DNA from: Candidatus Nanopelagicales bacterium
GTDB lineage: Bacteria > Actinomycetota > Actinomycetes > S36-B12 > UBA5976
DNA length: 64,000 bases
Reading direction: 5' to 3'
NCBI GenBank assembly: GCA_030157865.1
Contig: JAOATY010000010.1
Location: 3,987-67,986 of the forward strand
The translations under genes and the position numbers were made by a program. The notes beneath the pieces are model-generated. The model was not told where the DNA came from and made no database searches. It saw only the letters and a program-made list of their open reading frames with translations. Every line of letters begins with the position of its first letter. Positions within the stretch are counted from its first letter, which is position 1. Of this stretch, positions 21,858 to 32,283 are shown piece after piece.

Positions 21858-22577
21858 CTAAGAAGCACCTATTGCAATAACTAATCCGCCACGACCAGTT
21901 GGATCCCCTGCAGCGCGTCGATATGAAAACAAATCTTCGTTCTCGAATGTGCACCCGTCGAATTCATGGATTTGTGTAACCTGCGATGCAAGAACTGATT
22001 TAACACCTGCCGATAAATCCAAATGCGTGCTGGATGAAACTGCAGCTGGGCAAACTTCTCTAAACTGCTCAACTCTTTCCGCTGGTACTTCATAACACTT
22101 CGCGCAGATGGCAGGTCCGATGACGGCTTGAGTATGCGCTAATTGTGCGCCCGTTGCTACGAATTCATCAAGAAGAGTTTGCACAACATTGGCTAAGACT
22201 CCTCGCCAGCCAGCATGACCAACTGCCACTACTCGATTTACCGGATCAATTAATCCGAAAGGAACGCAGTCAGCGGCTAAGGCCACTAATGCCAAGCCCG
22301 GTGACTTTGTTACCAAACCATCGCCGTGAGGCGCGATCCCAGATTCGTTAACTACGTGAACTCGGTTTCCATGCTCGGCATTCATTATTGAGATACCTTC
22401 TGCGGAAACCATTGCTTTAACGAGATCTAGATTTGCTGAAACGCATTTCGGATCATCACCCACATAAGACGCAAGGTTAAGTGAGTTATACGGTGACGCA
22501 CTTGTGCCACCATTTCGACTCAGTGCAATTACTTGAATGCCTTCAATAGAAACGCGGCCAAAGACCTGCGAATTCAT
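21858..22577 (-). CDS. pgeF: YfiH/PgeF peptidoglycan-editing / purine nucleoside phosphorylase family
   Basis: SLNLA, ADCVP, HAGWRG, IGPAIC..CYEV, LFSYRR. Confidence 0.9.
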   Translation of the reverse strand: MNSQVFGRVSIEGIQVIALSRNGGTSASPYNSLNLASYVGDDPKCVSANLDLVKAMVSAEGISIMNAEHGNRVHVVNESGIAPHGDGLVTKSPGLALVALAADCVPFGLIDPVNRVVAVGHAGWRGVLANVVQTLLDEFVATGAQLAHTQAVIGPAICAKCYEVPAERVEQFREVCPAAVSSSTHLDLSAGVKSVLASQVTQIHEFDGCTFENEDLFSYRRAAGDPTGRGGLVIAIGAS

Positions 22578-22595
22578 TGACTAGAAATGCTGTTT

Positions 22596-23828
22596 CTAGC
22601 GAAGGAAATCTGGAACGTCGAGATCGCCATCATCTTCGCCGTCCATGTCAACGTCACCGTGACCTGAACTTGCAGGTGCATCGCCGAAGAGGTTTTCGAA
22701 GTTGTCGTCCTCGTCAGCCACGGCTGCATTGCCAAAAGCCCCATCCGAGAATGAATCTGGAGTGACTGGAATCGATGGAGCTTCGCCATCGCGGGCTAAG
22801 TCAACAGCAACTTCAGCGGCTAGTGGAGTTTCGTCAAGAACCTTCTTGGACATTGGTGAAGTTGAGCGATTTGATGGAGGTGAGCCACCATCAAAGCCAG
22901 CCGCGATAACGGTTACCTTCACTTGGTCGCCTTGGGTGTCATCAATTACGGCACCAAAAATGATGTTGGCATCTGGATGCACTGCACTTTGAACCATGCG
23001 GGCGGCTTCATTGATTTCGAACAAACCTAGGTCGCTGCCACCAGCGATGGACATAAGTACACCACGTGCACCTTCAATGCTGGCTTCAAGTAGCGGGCTG
23101 GAAATTGCCTGACGAGCTGCTTCGATCGCGCGGTCTGCGCCACGTGCTGAACCGATACCCATAAGCGCGCTACCAGCGTCTTTCATGACACTGCGAACGT
23201 CTGCGTAGTCAAGGTTGATAAGACCTGGAGTTGTAATCAAATCTGTAATGCCACTTACACCCTGCAATAGAACAGAGTCAGCATGACGGAATGCATCAAT
23301 AACACTGATGCCGTTGTCAGCAAGTTCAAGTAAGCGATCGTTTGGAATAACGATCAAGGTGTCTACCTCGGTGCGAAGTGAATCTACGCCCTCATCAGCT
23401 TGGGATGAACGGCGCTTGCCTTCGAAGCTAAATGGTCGAGTAACCACACCAATGGTTAGTGCGCCCATGTCTCGAGCGATCTTGGCAACGATTGGTGCGC
23501 CACCAGTTCCAGTTCCGCCACCTTCACCAGCAGTTACGAAAACCATGTCAGCGCCGCGCAGAACTTCTTCGATTTCTTCGCGATGATCTTCCGCAGCTTG
23601 GCGACCAACTTCTGGATCAGCGCCAGCACCTAGACCACGAGTAAGGTCGCGGCCAATGTCTAACTTCACATCGGCATCACTCATTAATAGCGCTTGCGCG
23701 TCTGTATTAATGGCGACGAACTCAACACCCTTGAGGCCAGCTTCAATCATGCGATTGATTGCGTTAACGCCACCGCCGCCAATGCCAACAACTTTGATAA
23801 CTGCTAGGTAATTCTGTGGTGCGGCCAT
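22596..23828 (-). CDS. ftsZ: Cell division protein FtsZ
   Basis: GGGGVNA, GGGTGTG, INLDYAD, C-terminal LDVPDFL. Confidence 0.98.
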   Translation of the reverse strand: MAAPQNYLAVIKVVGIGGGGVNAINRMIEAGLKGVEFVAINTDAQALLMSDADVKLDIGRDLTRGLGAGADPEVGRQAAEDHREEIEEVLRGADMVFVTAGEGGGTGTGGAPIVAKIARDMGALTIGVVTRPFSFEGKRRSSQADEGVDSLRTEVDTLIVIPNDRLLELADNGISVIDAFRHADSVLLQGVSGITDLITTPGLINLDYADVRSVMKDAGSALMGIGSARGADRAIEAARQAISSPLLEASIEGARGVLMSIAGGSDLGLFEINEAARMVQSAVHPDANIIFGAVIDDTQGDQVKVTVIAAGFDGGSPPSNRSTSPMSKKVLDETPLAAEVAVDLARDGEAPSIPVTPDSFSDGAFGNAAVADEDDNFENLFGDAPASSGHGDVDMDGEDDGDLDVPDFLR

Positions 23829-23871
23829 GGTGTTTGCCTTTCTCGACAAGCTTGGTTGTGCCCAAGTAGCA

Positions 23872-23896
23872 AACTCTCAACCTCTTCTAGAGCGTT
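23872..23896 (-). promoter_or_regulatory. FtsR-like 25-bp operator upstream of ftsZ
   Basis: Minus strand AACGCTCTAGAAGAGGTTGAGAGTT, an imperfect palindrome resembling (from memory) the ...AGGTTGAGGGT. site bound by Corynebacterium FtsR at ftsZ. Confidence 0.5.
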
Positions 23897-24016
23897 AAAG
23901 ATTTCCCACCTTTGAGCAGGTATAAGTTACGGCTAAACACCAATGAATAGTGTGATTGACGCTTGGCGTGTCGAGTTAAATGCTTTTGCTAGATGGGCGG
24001 AACTGACTTGAGTCGC

Positions 24017-24703
24017 CTATTTAATAGTGGGCGCATCTGGTGCGCTGACGTTGATGACTGTGTAGCCCTTTTCCATCAATGCCTGAGCAACTTCGACTTT
24101 GTCGGCAGCGCGCTCCCCGGAACCAAAAGTTACTACGACGCCATTTCCTAAGGTTGCAGTGACGCTGTCTTGAGTTGGTGCGCTCAATCCCGTGATCGCC
24201 CAATCGTCTGGGATAGCAGCTAACGCTTGAATGGCATTGGTCATAGCCGGACTGTCTGGTTGCGCCGAGATCACTAGTAGCCCAGCTGGTGGGGCTGCCA
24301 CAACTCCGGCATTAACGCCTTCGCCGTCAATCAAGTTAAATCCAGTTGCCGTTGCAGCTACCGCAATCGGAGTTCGCTCAGTAACGGTGATCACAATGGC
24401 ATGTGGCCAACCACGTTCTACTGTTGCAGCTTTAATTTCCGGCAGCGCTTGAAGTTGTTCGGAGATGACTCCTGGATTTATCGACATCAATGAGTTACCA
24501 ATGGGAACGGCGGCAACCGCTGAGATTTGTTCAGCGGTCAGCCTGGAATTTCCAGTGATCGTTACTTCTTGAGCAACAAACCATTTTGATTGATACAGGC
24601 TCCACCAAGTGACGGCTGCAAGAATTACTAACAGCCAGATAAGCCATGGGCCTTTTGATTTGCGCTTCTTTTTTGGAGCGGCAGAACGAACTGTCTGTGA
24701 CAT
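24017..24703 (-). CDS. ftsQ: Cell division protein FtsQ/DivIB
   Basis: Basic N-terminus, one TM helix, POTRA domain (VERGWPHAIVITVTERTP), INVSAPDAP end; between murC and ftsZ. Confidence 0.9.
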   Translation of the reverse strand: MSQTVRSAAPKKKRKSKGPWLIWLLVILAAVTWWSLYQSKWFVAQEVTITGNSRLTAEQISAVAAVPIGNSLMSINPGVISEQLQALPEIKAATVERGWPHAIVITVTERTPIAVAATATGFNLIDGEGVNAGVVAAPPAGLLVISAQPDSPAMTNAIQALAAIPDDWAITGLSAPTQDSVTATLGNGVVVTFGSGERAADKVEVAQALMEKGYTVINVSAPDAPTIK

Positions 24704-26100
24704 TACTTTGCTTCTAACAGCGAAAGAATTTCTGGGCACATCATGCCGATGTCACCGGCACCTAGCGTAAGGATGATGTCTCCTGCTTGCGCATGCTCAA
24801 CTAAGTGCCCTGGAACCTTTGACCATGAAGGCTCAAACACAACTTGCTCGGCAGGCAAAGGCACGTTGTTCGCCATAGTGCTGCCAGATGCACCAGGAAT
24901 TGGTTCTTCGCCCGGTGCAAATACTTCTAGAACCACAACGAAATCAGCAAGGCCTAGAGCTTGGCCAAACTCTTTCGAAAACAGAGCGGTGCGGTAATAG
25001 TGATGCGCCTGAAATGCAGCTAGCACTCGGCCTTGGCCAACTACAGTTCTGGCAGCACGCAAGACTGCATCAATTTCGGTTGGATGATGTGCATAGTCAT
25101 CGAATACTCGGACACCGGAAACTTCACCACGAAATTCAAATCGGCGATGCGTTCCAGTAAAACTCTGCAATCCCTCAACGCATTGTTGTGGCGAACAACC
25201 TTGAGTTAGCGCTGCCACAAATGCCGCTGTTGCATTTAGTGCATTGTGAACTCCGGGAACCAACAACTTAATTGGTCCATGAGTTTCGCCTTCGTAAGTA
25301 ATTGTGAATTCAGAGCCAACCGAACCCGATGGCAGCAAACTCAATACGGCATCGTTATCAGCACCTTGCCCATAAGTAATCACTTTTGCGCCAAGAGCTT
25401 TGGCCTTTTGAGTAACAACTTTGGCACCTAAATCATCCCCACACACAACTGCGCAACCGTTACGTTCACCGGTGCCCACAATGAAGTCAACGAACGCTTG
25501 CTCAACCGCCTCGTAAGTTCCCCAATAGTTCAAGTGATCGGCTTCAACATTCGTAACAATGCCCACAGTTGTTGGCAATACCAAGAAGGTGCCATCGCTT
25601 TCATCTGCTTCAACTACGAACAGCTCGCCCGAACCCTGATGTGCATTGCTTCCGGACTCATTCATTTCAGAGCCAATAACAAATGACGGATCCTTGCCAG
25701 CATTTTGCAAGATCACGGTGACCATGGATGTGGTGGTGGTTTTGCCATGAGTTCCGGCAACTGAAATTGCTACTGAGTCCTCAAGTAATTCCGCTAACGC
25801 GATTGCTCGACTGACAACTGGAATGCCCAGTTCATTTGCTTGTGCAACTTCCGGGTTGTCTTTGCTGATGGCAGTTGAAACCACAACGCATGATGGCTTG
25901 GTTCCATCAATAATCAGATTGTTCGCATCATGCCCGACAAAAACTTTTCCACCTATTGGCTTTAAGGCTTGAAGGCGACGAGAATCTTTTGCGTCGCTGC
26001 CCGAAACTTCAGTACCGCGAGCTAGTAAAACGCGAGCGATTCCGCTCATGCCGGCCCCGCCGATTCCGACGATATGAACGCGGCCAGTTAAGTAACTCAA
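24703..26100 (-). CDS. murC: UDP-N-acetylmuramate--L-alanine ligase
   Basis: GIGGAGMS, GTHGKTTTT, EADESDG, DDYAHHPTE. Confidence 0.97.
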   Translation of the reverse strand: MSYLTGRVHIVGIGGAGMSGIARVLLARGTEVSGSDAKDSRRLQALKPIGGKVFVGHDANNLIIDGTKPSCVVVSTAISKDNPEVAQANELGIPVVSRAIALAELLEDSVAISVAGTHGKTTTTSMVTVILQNAGKDPSFVIGSEMNESGSNAHQGSGELFVVEADESDGTFLVLPTTVGIVTNVEADHLNYWGTYEAVEQAFVDFIVGTGERNGCAVVCGDDLGAKVVTQKAKALGAKVITYGQGADNDAVLSLLPSGSVGSEFTITYEGETHGPIKLLVPGVHNALNATAAFVAALTQGCSPQQCVEGLQSFTGTHRRFEFRGEVSGVRVFDDYAHHPTEIDAVLRAARTVVGQGRVLAAFQAHHYYRTALFSKEFGQALGLADFVVVLEVFAPGEEPIPGASGSTMANNVPLPAEQVVFEPSWSKVPGHLVEHAQAGDIILTLGAGDIGMMCPEILSLLEAK

Positions 26101-27170
26101 GACTTGGCCTTTCCTGCAACGGACATAACCAATTTAGCAAGATCTGCCGCTGAATCCTTGTGTCCGAGCGAGGCACTTGCTTTAGACATTTCAAGGAGTC
26201 TTGATAAATCAGAAACAATCGGCAAAATGTGGTCACGCACGTATTCGGCATTAAATTCCAGATCCGAAATCATGATTGCGCCGCCAGCTTGAACAACTGG
26301 TGCGGCATTCAAGCTTTGCTCGCCATTGCCAATTGGGAGTGGGACAAAGCATGCAGGCAATCCAACGGCGGTTAACTCTGCCACTGTCATTGCGCCAGCT
26401 CGCCCGATCACAAAGTCCGCAGCCGCATAAGCCAAATCCATGCGATCTATGTAATTTAGCGGGCGATACTTTTCGGATTCTGGCTGTGGAAATTCGTTCT
26501 TTAGGCCGACCGAATGCAGAATCACAATGTCGCCAAATGTATTTTCGGCAAGGCAATCGCTGATTACGGAATTAAGTTTCACTGAACCTTGGGAACCACC
26601 AAAAACCAACACGCAGGTTGCATCATTGCTAATTCCGAAATGTTCTCTTGCTTGCTTGCGTGTTTCATTTCGATCTAGTTGCTCAATGGCTTTGCGCAAT
26701 GGAATTCCGATTAACTGAGCCCGAGGCAAGCTATCTGGAACCGTTTCGGCAACCGCATCCGCAAATCGTGCGCCAACGCGATTCGCAAGACCAGCACGAG
26801 CATTTGCTTCATGTACCACAATTGGCACTTCCCCGCGTGCTGCTAAATACGCTGGAATTGAAACGTAGCCGCCAAAACCTACAACGACATCTGCTTCCAA
26901 CTTATGGAGTAGATCGCGGGTTTGTTTAATTGCTGAACGCAGTCGAGTTGGAAGTGTTACTAAGTCACCGCTGAACTTTCGTGGCAGCGGAACGGCTGGA
27001 ATGAGTTCAAGTTTGTAGCCACGAGCCGGAACTAAGTCGACTTCAAGTCCACGTGATGTTCCCAGAACCGTGATGTTTATGTCTGGATCGATGGCCGTTA
27101 GCTGATCAGCCAAGTTAAGTGCAGGTTCGATATGGCCAGCTGTTCCGCCGCCAGCGAGAACTATGTTCAC
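26097..27170 (-). CDS. murG: MurG glycosyltransferase
   Basis: AGGGTAGH, GFGGY, HEAN, GGSQG, RAGAMTVAE; GTG start at 27170. Confidence 0.96.
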   Translation of the reverse strand: MNIVLAGGGTAGHIEPALNLADQLTAIDPDINITVLGTSRGLEVDLVPARGYKLELIPAVPLPRKFSGDLVTLPTRLRSAIKQTRDLLHKLEADVVVGFGGYVSIPAYLAARGEVPIVVHEANARAGLANRVGARFADAVAETVPDSLPRAQLIGIPLRKAIEQLDRNETRKQAREHFGISNDATCVLVFGGSQGSVKLNSVISDCLAENTFGDIVILHSVGLKNEFPQPESEKYRPLNYIDRMDLAYAAADFVIGRAGAMTVAELTAVGLPACFVPLPIGNGEQSLNAAPVVQAGGAIMISDLEFNAEYVRDHILPIVSDLSRLLEMSKASASLGHKDSAADLAKLVMSVAGKAKS

Positions 27171-27186
27171 GCTAAATTCCAACTCA

Positions 27187-28356
27187 TTATCTTTGTTCCT
27201 GCATATAGGCCTCGTGCTTGGCAAATGCCATCAAGATTCCCATGGCAAGCAAAGTTGGAATCAACGAGGAGCCACCATAAGAAACCAGAGGTAACGGAAC
27301 GCCTGTGATCGGCAGGATTCCTAGCACCGCTCCAATGTTTACCAAAGCCTGAGTAACAATCCAAGCCACAATGCCAAGCGAAGCAATTTGAATGAATGCT
27401 TCATTGGTGTTGCGAGCAATGCGAAGGCCAACAATGGCAATCGCTGTGAAGATCAATAGCACTGTGATGGTTCCAAGGATTCCAAGTTCTTCACCAAGTA
27501 CTGCATAGATAAAGTCAGTGTGGGCTTCTGGCAAAGTTCCCCACTTTTCACGTGATCCACCAAGACCAACGCCCCACCATCCGCCGGAGCCTAATGCTTG
27601 CTGTCCGTGAATCACTTGAAAGCCAGTACCTTGCGCATCTGCATAAGGATCTAACCAAGATGTGAATCGCGCCATTCGATAAGGAGCGGCAATTGATAAT
27701 GCTGCAATGGCTGCAAGTCCAGCAGCGCCCATGATCATGAACCATTTTCTTGGCGCACCAACAAAGTAAAGAAGTGAAGCCATGATTGGCATCATTACCA
27801 TTGCAGTTCCGAGGTCACCTTGAAGTACGACTAGCACCAAGACCGTTACGGAAACTGGCAGAACCGGCATTAGCAAATGGTGGCGCTGTTCAAGCAAGTG
27901 ATATTTGCGATCCAAAATATCGGCGCCCCACATAATGATGGCAAGCTTGGCAAACTCTGAAGGTTGAATTCGGAACGGGCCACCAAAATCGATCCAGTTC
28001 TTTTGTCCGTGAACTGCAGTACCAATTAATAAAACAGCGACAAGCAGAACGCCAACGACAACCATGAATAGTGGAGCCCAGCGGCGAATCGCATCGACGT
28101 GCATTTTCGACACAGCCATCATTAAGAAAACGCCGATTGCAGCAAAAATCAATTGTCGAGTTGCCAGCGCCCAAGAGTTACCGTTGTTTTGCTGATATGA
28201 AAAAACGCTCGATGCTGATGCAACCATGACAATGCCAAGTGCGAGCAAGAATCCAGTTGCGCCAAGCAAGATTTGGTAATGCAACATTGGATGCTCAAGA
28301 CGAGCCGAAAGCCCTCCGTCAGGACTACTTCCCTTTACTGGTCTGGTCGTCGTCAT
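27187..28356 (-). CDS. ftsW: SEDS peptidoglycan polymerase FtsW
   Basis: IQPSEFAK, DLGT, LPEAHTDFI, GVPLPLVSYGGSS. Confidence 0.96.
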   Translation of the reverse strand: MTTTRPVKGSSPDGGLSARLEHPMLHYQILLGATGFLLALGIVMVASASSVFSYQQNNGNSWALATRQLIFAAIGVFLMMAVSKMHVDAIRRWAPLFMVVVGVLLVAVLLIGTAVHGQKNWIDFGGPFRIQPSEFAKLAIIMWGADILDRKYHLLEQRHHLLMPVLPVSVTVLVLVVLQGDLGTAMVMMPIMASLLYFVGAPRKWFMIMGAAGLAAIAALSIAAPYRMARFTSWLDPYADAQGTGFQVIHGQQALGSGGWWGVGLGGSREKWGTLPEAHTDFIYAVLGEELGILGTITVLLIFTAIAIVGLRIARNTNEAFIQIASLGIVAWIVTQALVNIGAVLGILPITGVPLPLVSYGGSSLIPTLLAMGILMAFAKHEAYMQEQR

Positions 28357-29792
28357 GATGTGAGCTCTTTAACTGCTTTGGCAAATGCGTCACCGCGAGC
28401 GGAGTAATCCTTGAACATGTCCCATGAGGCGCATCCCGGAGCTAATAGAACAGTGTCTCCTGGCTGTGCCGCCTCTGCTGCCAGCGCCACAACTAACTCC
28501 ATTGCATTAGTTTCCTTGGTCGTAACGCGATGGATTGGGACATTCGGAGCGTGTCGCTCTAAGGCGGCAGCAATCACATCCTGATCAACCCCCAAAAGCA
28601 CCGCAGCGCGCATGCGATGGGCATTATCAAGCACCAATTCATCGAAATCTTGACCCTTAGCCATACCGCCAGCAATCCAGACGACTGATTCATAAGCAGT
28701 AAGTGAGGTCGCTGCGGCGTGTGTATTTGTCGCTTTTGAGTCATCAATGAAGTCAACGCCAGCAACCTGTCCAACATGCGCGATGCGATGTGGTGCTGGC
28801 TGCCAGGCACGTAGGCCATCGCGAATTGCGCGAGCATCAACGCCGTGAGCTCGAGCTAAAGCACTGGCTGCAAGTGCATTTGCGATGTTGTGAACAGCTG
28901 GAATTGCTAGATCTGAAATCTCGGCAAGTTCTAATGCCGCTTCTCTGCGATTGTCCAAGAACGCACGATCGACTAAGAATTCTTCGACAACACCAACCAT
29001 TGATATGTCAGGTATGCCAGTTGAAAAACCAATTGCTCGACAGCCTTCAACTACATCGGCTTGCTCCACCATGCGAATGGTTTCTTCATCAGCAACATTG
29101 AAGATAGCTGCCACCTGGCAACGTTCATAAACTTTTGCTTTTGCATCACGATATGCTTCGTAACTTCCAAAAAGATCTATGTGATCCTGCGCAAGGTTTA
29201 AACAAACCGCAGCCTGTGGCGATATCGAATAAACAAATGGCAACTGTGGCGCGCCAACCTCAATAGCTAGTACATCCCATGGCGTTGGATCCATCATTAC
29301 TTCAACTAGCGAGCGACCGATGTTTCCCGCAGCGACTGTGCGCTTACCTGCTGCTAACAAGATAGATTCCAACATCAAAGTTGTTGTGGTCTTTCCATTA
29401 GTTCCTGTTACCAGTAACCAAGGTGCTGGGTGATCAAGATCCCTTAAGCGCCAAGCCAGTTCAAGTTCTCCCCAAATTTGAACTCCAGCTGCTTGAGCAG
29501 CGGTAACAATCGGAGCTAGTGGTGAAACACCTGGTGAAAGCACGAGTAAGTCGATGTTTTCAGGAAGTTGGGTGTCATCACCCAAACGAATTTCAGCGCC
29601 AAGGATTTCTAAAATCGTGGCTCGCTCTTTTTGGCGCTCACCGGTTGCAGCATCAATGACGACAACTTTGGCATCTAAGTTAACAAGGGCATCTGCAGCT
29701 GCAAACCCAGCAACACCCAGGCCTACAACACAAACGCGAACTTGCGACCAATCACTAGTGCGGTTTAACTCATCAAGATTTAGGGAAGCCAT
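28353..29792 (-). CDS. murD: UDP-MurNAc-L-Ala--D-glutamate ligase
   Basis: GLGVAG, SPG, TGTNGKTTTT, DDSKATN, LLAPGCASWDMF; start trimmed to 29792. Confidence 0.96.
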   Translation of the reverse strand: MASLNLDELNRTSDWSQVRVCVVGLGVAGFAAADALVNLDAKVVVIDAATGERQKERATILEILGAEIRLGDDTQLPENIDLLVLSPGVSPLAPIVTAAQAAGVQIWGELELAWRLRDLDHPAPWLLVTGTNGKTTTTLMLESILLAAGKRTVAAGNIGRSLVEVMMDPTPWDVLAIEVGAPQLPFVYSISPQAAVCLNLAQDHIDLFGSYEAYRDAKAKVYERCQVAAIFNVADEETIRMVEQADVVEGCRAIGFSTGIPDISMVGVVEEFLVDRAFLDNRREAALELAEISDLAIPAVHNIANALAASALARAHGVDARAIRDGLRAWQPAPHRIAHVGQVAGVDFIDDSKATNTHAAATSLTAYESVVWIAGGMAKGQDFDELVLDNAHRMRAAVLLGVDQDVIAAALERHAPNVPIHRVTTKETNAMELVVALAAEAAQPGDTVLLAPGCASWDMFKDYSARGDAFAKAVKELTS

Positions 29793-29797
29793 AACTT

Positions 29798-30865
29798 TTA
29801 CTGACGCACCCATTCTGCATAGAACAACGCCATACCAGCACCAACACAAAGTCCTTGAATAATCCAGAAGCGAACCACAATCAAAACTTCTGGCCAACCC
29901 TTCATTTCAAAATGATGATGAAGCGGAGCCATTCTTAAAACTCGACGACCAGTTAACTTGTAAGACCCAACTTGGGCAATAACCGAAAGTGTGATCAATA
30001 CAAATAGTCCGCCAATTAGGCCAAGTAGTAACTCGGTGCGAGTCATTAATGCCAAGGCCGCAAGTCCGCCACCAAGCGCAAGCGAGCCGGTGTCCCCCAT
30101 AAAGATTCGAGCTGGACTTGAGTTCCACCACAAGAATCCAAAGCAGGCACCTGCTGTTGCTGCCGCGAATACTGCAAGGTCAAGTGGATCTCGCACGGTG
30201 TAACAACGTGGGATGTCTCCCCAGAAACAACTTTGACCGTATTGCCAAATCGACATCACGGTGTAGGCAACAAAGGAAAGAAGGGCTGCGCCGATTGCCA
30301 ATCCATCAAGACCATCAGTTAAATTAACGCCATTTGTAATTCCAGTAACAAGGAACCAAATCCAAAGTAGGACTAGAGCAGAAGGCAGAATCCAGTTTGT
30401 GTCTCTTACCCAAGAGATGGCATTACTTACCGGAACGTTTCCACCTTCATCAGGGAACTGCATTGCTAGGTAACCAAATGAAAGTGCGGCGACTGCCTGG
30501 CCAAGAAGTTTGGTACGCGCGCGGATACCTGTGCTTCGCTGCTTGAAGATTTTCAAATAATCATCAGCAAGGCCTACCAAGCTCAACGCAACCATCAAAT
30601 AGATCGCAAGTAACCCAGATACGGTCGGGGTGCTCATCATCATTAAGTGCGCCAAAAAATACGCCAAGACAACAGAACCAACAATTGCAACGCCACCCAT
30701 AGATGGGGTTCCGCGCTTACTTCCGTGCTCAGGGTAATTAACGTTTTCAGTAGATTCCCGAATTGCTTGGGCAATCCCGCGCTTGCGAAGCAGGTTGATT
30801 AGTAGTGGGGTGCCAATTAGAGACAGCAGTGTTGCTAACGCACCAGCTAGCACTACAAGCTTCAC
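29798..30865 (-). CDS. mraY: Phospho-MurNAc-pentapeptide transferase
   Basis: KRGTPSMGG, GLADD, NGVNLTDGLDGL, FMGDTGS, MAPLHHHFE; GTGA overlap with murF. Confidence 0.97.
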   Translation of the reverse strand: MKLVVLAGALATLLSLIGTPLLINLLRKRGIAQAIRESTENVNYPEHGSKRGTPSMGGVAIVGSVVLAYFLAHLMMMSTPTVSGLLAIYLMVALSLVGLADDYLKIFKQRSTGIRARTKLLGQAVAALSFGYLAMQFPDEGGNVPVSNAISWVRDTNWILPSALVLLWIWFLVTGITNGVNLTDGLDGLAIGAALLSFVAYTVMSIWQYGQSCFWGDIPRCYTVRDPLDLAVFAAATAGACFGFLWWNSSPARIFMGDTGSLALGGGLAALALMTRTELLLGLIGGLFVLITLSVIAQVGSYKLTGRRVLRMAPLHHHFEMKGWPEVLIVVRFWIIQGLCVGAGMALFYAEWVRQ

Positions 30866-32283
30866 TGTTGGCCCCACTTCGCGCGCAAAACAACTTCAAT
30901 TTGATCGGCGAGCACTTCAAATTGTTCAGCTCGCGAAGCCTTGAACAATAAAACGTCACCGGAGTTAACTTCATTAACAATGTAGTCGCAGGCGCTATCA
31001 AAATCGGGTAACCACACCGATTTTTGAGCCTTGCCCGCAGTGGAGGTCAGGTCTGAACTCAAGCCATAAGACTTGGCAGCTTCACCCACAGCAATGACAT
31101 GAGTTACGCCCAGCTTGGATGCCAAGGTGGCTATCTGAGCGTGGATGGCGTCGCTGGTTTCGCCAAGCTCGTGCATTTTGCCTAGGACTGCAAAAGTATT
31201 GCCAGTGGCTGGGATTGCCGTAAGGGTTTCAAGTGCTGCTGTCATTGATTCCGGATTGGCGTTATACGCATCATTGATGATGGTTACATTTCCAGGAATC
31301 TGATGTACTTCCATGCGCCACTTACTCATTTGCTTAAGAGTCGTTAAAGCCCTGGCAATGTCTTCGATTTCCATTCCGACTGCAAGCCCAACGGCTGCAG
31401 CTGCGAGCGCATTTAAGACATTGTGTTCACCGAGCATTGGAATTGAAGCCGAGATTCGATCGCCGCGATAAACCAGGTCAAAGGTGTAGCTGCCATATGC
31501 GCTTAACTGCAAGTTCTCTTCTCTAATGTCTGCCGTTTTTGAGAACCCATAGGTAAACACTGTTGCTTCAGTTAAGTTCCGCATTGCCAACACGCGTTCA
31601 TCGTCAGCATTAAGAACAACTACGCCTGAAGCAGAGATGGCAGAGACCAATTCGGATTTTGCTTTGGCAATACCTTCAATACTGCCAACTTCTCCGATGT
31701 GCGCGTGACCAACATTTGTGATGACACCTAGGGTTGGCCGGGCCAAGTTGCAAAGATGCGTGATGTGACCGAGTCCACGCATTCCCATCTCGGCTACCAA
31801 GTATTTAACGTCGAACGGCGCAGAAAGCAGAGTTAACGGCAAACCAAGTTCGTTGTTTAACGAACCAGCAGGTGCGTGAGTTACACCAGCATGAGACAAA
31901 ACCTGCCCGATCATGTCTTTAGTCGAAGTCTTGCCTGATGAACCAGTGATACCAATTACCTCTATGCCGCGCATTAAGGACCTGACATGCGCCGAAATTT
32001 TTGCAATCGCGTGGATCACTGGATCAAGTTCATCTGGCGAAGCGGGAACTAGGACATGTGAGCCAGTTACTTCTTTAGAAGTTAACGACGCACTCGCGCC
32101 AGCACTAATTGCCTGGGAAACAAACTCGTGACCATCAACGCGTTCGCCAACAATGGCAGCGAACAAGTCCCCTGCATTGGCAGAACGAGAATCAATCGAT
32201 ATTCCTGAAACTCGAATTGAAGCATCACCAATTAATTTGCCACCAACTATGTCGCAAACTTGTCCAAGAGTTAAATCAAACAT
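30862..32283 (-). CDS. murF: UDP-MurNAc-tripeptide--D-Ala-D-Ala ligase
   Basis: TGSSGKTSTK, NNELGLP, EMGM, NDAYNANP, KASR. Confidence 0.97.
   Translation of the reverse strand: MFDLTLGQVCDIVGGKLIGDASIRVSGISIDSRSANAGDLFAAIVGERVDGHEFVSQAISAGASASLTSKEVTGSHVLVPASPDELDPVIHAIAKISAHVRSLMRGIEVIGITGSSGKTSTKDMIGQVLSHAGVTHAPAGSLNNELGLPLTLLSAPFDVKYLVAEMGMRGLGHITHLCNLARPTLGVITNVGHAHIGEVGSIEGIAKAKSELVSAISASGVVVLNADDERVLAMRNLTEATVFTYGFSKTADIREENLQLSAYGSYTFDLVYRGDRISASIPMLGEHNVLNALAAAAVGLAVGMEIEDIARALTTLKQMSKWRMEVHQIPGNVTIINDAYNANPESMTAALETLTAIPATGNTFAVLGKMHELGETSDAIHAQIATLASKLGVTHVIAVGEAAKSYGLSSDLTSTAGKAQKSVWLPDFDSACDYIVNEVNSGDVLLFKASRAEQFEVLADQIEVVLRAKWGQQ

Noticed and set aside
22596-24703. Absence of ftsA between ftsQ and ftsZ
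   Set aside because: Normal for Actinomycetota, which use SepF
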